Under the pieces are notes generated by a model. It was not told where the DNA came from, searched no databases, and worked only from the letters and a program-made list of their open reading frames with translations. A stretch of 64,000 nt of DNA, taken from contig CAWGMQ010000008.1 of NCBI GenBank assembly GCA_963823665.1, forward strand, positions 864,001 through 928,000, written 5' to 3'. Positions 60,708 to 64,000 of the stretch are shown here, one piece after another. The position numbers were made by a program, and so were the translations under genes. This DNA comes from an uncultured Planctomycetota bacterium (GTDB taxonomy: Bacteria > Planctomycetota > Planctomycetia > Isosphaerales > Isosphaeraceae). How positions within the stretch are numbered: position 1 is the first letter of the stretch; every line of letters starts with the position of its first letter.

Positions 60708-60811
60708 CAGGCACACTCCGTGTGCCGTCCGCTCTTCCGCCGTAGCAGGCACACTCCGTGTGCCGTCCGCTCTTCCGCCGTAGCGGGCACACCGAATGTG
60801 CGCCTGCCGCA
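60704..60811 (+). repeat. Tandem GTAG-type REP units (two exact 38-bp copies plus one degenerate)
   Basis: GTAGCAGGCACACTCCGTGTGCCGTCCGCTCTTCCGCC at 60704 and 60742; palindrome GGCACAC-TCC-GTGTGCC. Confidence 0.88.
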
Positions 60812-60840
60812 TCCCGAGGTCGACTACCCAGCGTCGGGCT

Positions 60841-61030
60841 GGGCTGTTGAAAACTTGCGGTATCAGCAACGAAGATTTTCGGCGCGAATGTTGCGCGAAG
60901 CTCCCCCCCTTCAGAAGCGGGAGCCAGGGTGGGCTGTCGAAAACTCGCAGTATACGGAGCGGAGATTTCCCGCGGCGAAAATGTTCCGCCAAGTTCCCCC
61001 CCCTTTAGAAGGGGGGGCCAGGGGGGGTCC
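60841..61030 (+). repeat. Two degenerate ~90-bp tandem units beginning GGGCTGTYGAAAACT
   Basis: 60841-60930 and 60931-61028 share their start, central AGATTT..CGCG and a terminal C-run/G-run palindrome. Confidence 0.65.
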
Positions 61031-61136
61031 GTCCCGGCGACCGCCATCACAAACCCTTCGCGCAACAGAAAACGCCGAATCGTTCACCGCGAACGTTGCG
61101 ACGATCGTCCGCTTTTCATCAGCCAAGGCTCCGGCT

Positions 61137-61793
61137 TTACCTGCGCGGCGGAGCTGCCGCCGTGGGGGCGCCACCGCGGCCCGGCGTGGAAACCTGACCA
61201 CGCCCAGCGGTCACGTTTCCTGACCTGGCGCCGGCCACACCCGCTCCCAGCCCCACGCCCACGGGAACACGACCCCTCGCACCATGAGCGACCCGCGCCG
61301 TATTCGAGTTGATATACTGGCCGCCCCGCAATCCCGGATAATAATTATGCGTGACCGCCCTCATGGCTGACGCCGGAGGGCGAGTAATGCGCTCCGGCAC
61401 ACGCCGTGCGCTCGAATCGGCTGGAACTTCGGAGTCCTTCGGTGTCTTGCCACGAGCGGCTGCGGCCGAGCCGCCTCCCCCTGAAGCGGCTGCCCGCCTC
61501 CCTTGCGATGACGGCGCCGGTACCGCGACCTTCCGGGTGGTCGTGACCCGGTTGAACGTCGACATCCGGGCCGTCGGGGCCGAGGTCGTCCCGGTGCCGG
61601 CGACGACGCGCGGTGCACTTCCGCTGGACGGCACGTTTGCCCCCGCTCCGGCCGGTTGCGCACCTGTGCCGCTGCCGACCACGCCGGCGGATTGAGCATC
61701 ACTTCCCGTTCCAGCCGTTTGCGCGCCTGCGTCAGCCCCGCCGAAAAAGAACGCCAGTGCCACGGCCCGTCCGATTCGGTAGACGTCTCTCAT
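61137..61793 (-). CDS. Secreted low-complexity Ala/Gly/Arg-rich hypothetical protein
   Basis: Signal-like N-terminus ending AGA-Q; THNYYPGLRGGQYIN island within low-complexity sequence. Confidence 0.55.
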   Translation of the reverse strand: MRDVYRIGRAVALAFFFGGADAGAQTAGTGSDAQSAGVVGSGTGAQPAGAGANVPSSGSAPRVVAGTGTTSAPTARMSTFNRVTTTRKVAVPAPSSQGRRAAASGGGGSAAAARGKTPKDSEVPADSSARRVPERITRPPASAMRAVTHNYYPGLRGGQYINSNTARVAHGARGRVPVGVGLGAGVAGARSGNVTAGRGQVSTPGRGGAPTAAAPPRR

Positions 61794-61947
61794 GGCTCCC
61801 GTCCCTTCCGTCGGCATATGTCAGGCCGATGCCGTTCGTTCACGATTCATTCGGGCGAAGAAACTCGCAAGCTGATCCTCACCCTACATTATCACCCTTC
61901 AAGCTTCCTTGCACAAGAAGGAAGCGGCTCACTCGCCGAACTCGGCA

Positions 61948-62544
61948 TTACGCTTCGCCCACTCGCTCACCCTCAACCGCTGCCTTCCGGTTTCGATAGA
62001 GTGCCGGGTCCACCGTCCCGGCCATTGCTGCCCTGTCCGCCTGGCCCGGAAGAAACTCGCTGATGCGAGCAGATTGCTCAGCCGGACGCTCGACGACTTC
62101 CTTGTATTGAACATACAGCACCTCGAAATTGCGCTGCTCGGCCAGCCACGCCCGCAGCTTTTCCAGGTGCCGGGTGAAGTGCTGCTTGATCGCCTCGCTC
62201 GGGGCCGAGGGCTTGCCCAGCCGCGCGAGCATCTTCTCCTGCGAGCGAATCATCTCGTCCAGGTCTCGCTCCATGAAGACCACCCGGTACTTCTCCGTCG
62301 GCGGCAGCTCGTAAAGAAGCTGAGACACCATCTTGAAGGCCTTTCCGCGCGTGCCCGGCAGCCACGACACATCCTCCTTGATCTTCTTCACCTTCTCAAA
62401 CTCGTAGTAGCCCCGCGGGTTGTCGGTGTCCGCTGTCCGGATGTTGTCGGTGACGACCGAGACGCCGCCGTTCTCGAGCATTTGCATCATGAGCGACGTG
62501 CCGGATCTCGGCAGCCCGGAAACGATGATGATCTCGTTCTGCAC
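61948..62544 (-). CDS. Sulfotransferase family protein
   Basis: IVSGLPRSGTSLMMQML PAPS-binding loop, DNPRGYYEFE, MERDLDEMIRSQ, VDPALYRNR; AAGGAG upstream of GTG. Confidence 0.88.
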   Translation of the reverse strand: MQNEIIIVSGLPRSGTSLMMQMLENGGVSVVTDNIRTADTDNPRGYYEFEKVKKIKEDVSWLPGTRGKAFKMVSQLLYELPPTEKYRVVFMERDLDEMIRSQEKMLARLGKPSAPSEAIKQHFTRHLEKLRAWLAEQRNFEVLYVQYKEVVERPAEQSARISEFLPGQADRAAMAGTVDPALYRNRKAAVEGERVGEA

Positions 62545-62576
62545 TTTCGAAGACTCCTTTCCCGAAGGGGCGCCAT

Positions 62577-63422
62577 TCAGATGTTGACCTTGAGCACACC
62601 CTTGAAACAAAAGGCGGCGACCATCGACACCAGGAATAAGTAGATGACCCAGTAGCCACTTCCGCTCGTGTACGAAGAGCGCTCGGGGTACGTGATCGTG
62701 ATCGAGTGCACCGGCTCGCCCGGCCGGAACGGTTTTTCCCAAGGGTTCAGCAGAATCTGCCACCAGTTCCAGCCGGGCCGCTCCATGCTCACCCGCATGA
62801 ACCCACCGCCGACGGCAAGCTCCTTCGTGACGGGTTGGCCACCGACCTGGAAAAAAAGCCGGTATTCCCCGGCTTTCTTCGCCTTCACATTCCAGCACAC
62901 CTCCCGCTCCTTCCGCACCCGCACCGGCCCGGCAATCACCTCCACGGCCTCCGTGGGCTCCAGGCTCACGGCCGGCCAGCTTGATGCGGGCTCGCCGCCC
63001 AGCTTGAGCGCGATCACGGCCTCTTCGCCCAGGGCGAGCGGCCGCGCCTCGTACCAGAGTGCCAGTTGTGCCAGGAGAAGAGTCATGGGTACGACCATCA
63101 CCAGCATCGGCACAAGCGCCAAGACAAGGAGCATTCCCGCGCCTCTGAAGATGCGCCCCTGCGCCTCAAGCGCCACCCGCGCACTGTCCTTGAACAGCCT
63201 TAGCGCCAGGAGATGAGCGTTGATATCGTTGCGCACTCGCTTTATCGCGTCCTGACTCGACGTGTATTTGAACATCGCGAGCATCAGCACGCCCGTCACC
63301 GCGGAGACGACCGTCGCGGAAACCCAGCCGGGCACCAAGCCGACCCACCCGAGCAGAAACCGCCCCAGGAAACTCGCCGCGGCAGAGAGCCACGCAGCCG
63401 CCAGAGCCAGTCCGTACATCAT
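62577..63422 (-). CDS. Membrane protein with TM - basic helical hairpin - TM topology
   Basis: TM, then FKYTSSQDAIKRVRNDINAHLLALRLFKD, TM with PMLVMVVP, soluble beta domain, C-terminal TM. Confidence 0.75.
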   Translation of the reverse strand: MMYGLALAAAWLSAAASFLGRFLLGWVGLVPGWVSATVVSAVTGVLMLAMFKYTSSQDAIKRVRNDINAHLLALRLFKDSARVALEAQGRIFRGAGMLLVLALVPMLVMVVPMTLLLAQLALWYEARPLALGEEAVIALKLGGEPASSWPAVSLEPTEAVEVIAGPVRVRKEREVCWNVKAKKAGEYRLFFQVGGQPVTKELAVGGGFMRVSMERPGWNWWQILLNPWEKPFRPGEPVHSITITYPERSSYTSGSGYWVIYLFLVSMVAAFCFKGVLKVNI

Positions 63423-63604
63423 TCGATGTATCCCAGGCCCCGAAGCTGGTCCGCCACCGGTCCCTCGGCTTCGTCAACTTTGAGCCGCTGGATCTCCTTC
63501 TCGATGCAGTTGGCGATGAACTCCTCGACGCTGCTGTACCCCGCAGCCACAGCCGCACGCTTGGCGCGGTCGAACAGCCCCGGCTCGATCTTCACCTTCA
63601 CCAC
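63419..63604 (-). CDS. Small ribbon-helix-helix-like protein ending QLRGLGYIE
   Basis: VKVKIEPGLFDRAKRAAVAAGYSSVEEFIANCIEKEI; GGAGAG upstream; ATGA overlap with the next gene. Confidence 0.75.
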   Translation of the reverse strand: MVKVKIEPGLFDRAKRAAVAAGYSSVEEFIANCIEKEIQRLKVDEAEGPVADQLRGLGYIE

Positions 63605-63637
63605 GACTCGCTCTCCCCCGGATAATGAATCGATCTC

Positions 63638-64000
63638 TCACGTCGAAAGCACGTTCTTCCCGACCATCTGCGGCGGCACCGGCAAGTTGAACTCGGCAAG
63701 GATCGACGGCGCCAGATCGACCAGCGACGGCGAATCGCCGCGGATAGCGCGATTACAGAACAACACCCCGGGCACCTCGAGCGCATCCGCACAGTGGTCG
63801 GCCGACCAGGCCTGGTCGTTGGCAAGCAGAAACTCGTCCGTGAGATTGCCCAGCGTCGTCGCCCACGAGGCGCGGAAGCCGCGGTGATAGCCAATGATCA
63901 GGTCCGGCGCGAGCGCCGTCGCGTTTCCGGTGTAGATCTTGTCCGAGCGGTACGCGCCGCGAATCACCGGCTGCCCGTTCGCGTCCGTCACCGCCTGAAG
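63638..64000 (-). CDS. Alkaline phosphatase superfamily (type I phosphodiesterase-like) protein, C-terminal part
   Basis: IYTG...APDLIIGY, WSADH, PGVLFCN, PSLVDLAPSILAEF...MVGK. Confidence 0.82.
   Translation of the reverse strand, partial: LQAVTDANGQPVIRGAYRSDKIYTGNATALAPDLIIGYHRGFRASWATTLGNLTDEFLLANDQAWSADHCADALEVPGVLFCNRAIRGDSPSLVDLAPSILAEFNLPVPPQMVGKNVLST

Noticed and set aside
60704..60811. CRISPR array
   Set aside because: The 38-bp units are contiguous with no unique spacers and there are no cas genes; the GTAG head and hairpin fit REP elements

Overview
GC-rich bacterial window whose gene content (DUF1559 prepilin-like gene, Planctomycete-type Ser/Thr kinases and ECF sigma, Hint-domain protein, several REP families) points to Planctomycetota, probably Isosphaeraceae-like (inference). 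It is mostly accessory chromosome: an ispH operon, a PhyH dioxygenase with a decayed duplicate of its 3' half, a CNNM/CBS protein, an ApbE-DoxX-Gfo/Idh/MocA operon, PadR and BlaI/M56 regulatory pairs, sugar-utilisation genes, three kinases, a lipoyl-E1alpha/E1beta/aldolase operon, msrA, a DUF1559-lipoprotein-AhpD-like operon, Rpn-family remnants and the end of a phosphodiesterase-sulfotransferase operon. About ten frameshifts in otherwise intact genes suggest long-read indel errors. The best candidate for an undescribed system is a pair of 144-aa exported leader proteins (49493-49927, 51044-51478). They share little sequence but have identical Cys...CxGxxC...IF[RH]PP spacing, like ribosome-arrest sensor peptides, and precede an orphan ECF sigma gene and a secreted thiol-redox operon. 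Also notable: a ~0.75-1 kb non-coding element present twice in inverted orientation, stand-alone RpnS-like antitoxin ORFs, and a Hint domain ending His-Asp-Ser. No rRNA, tRNA or CRISPR array was seen. All calls are by eye, without database searches.
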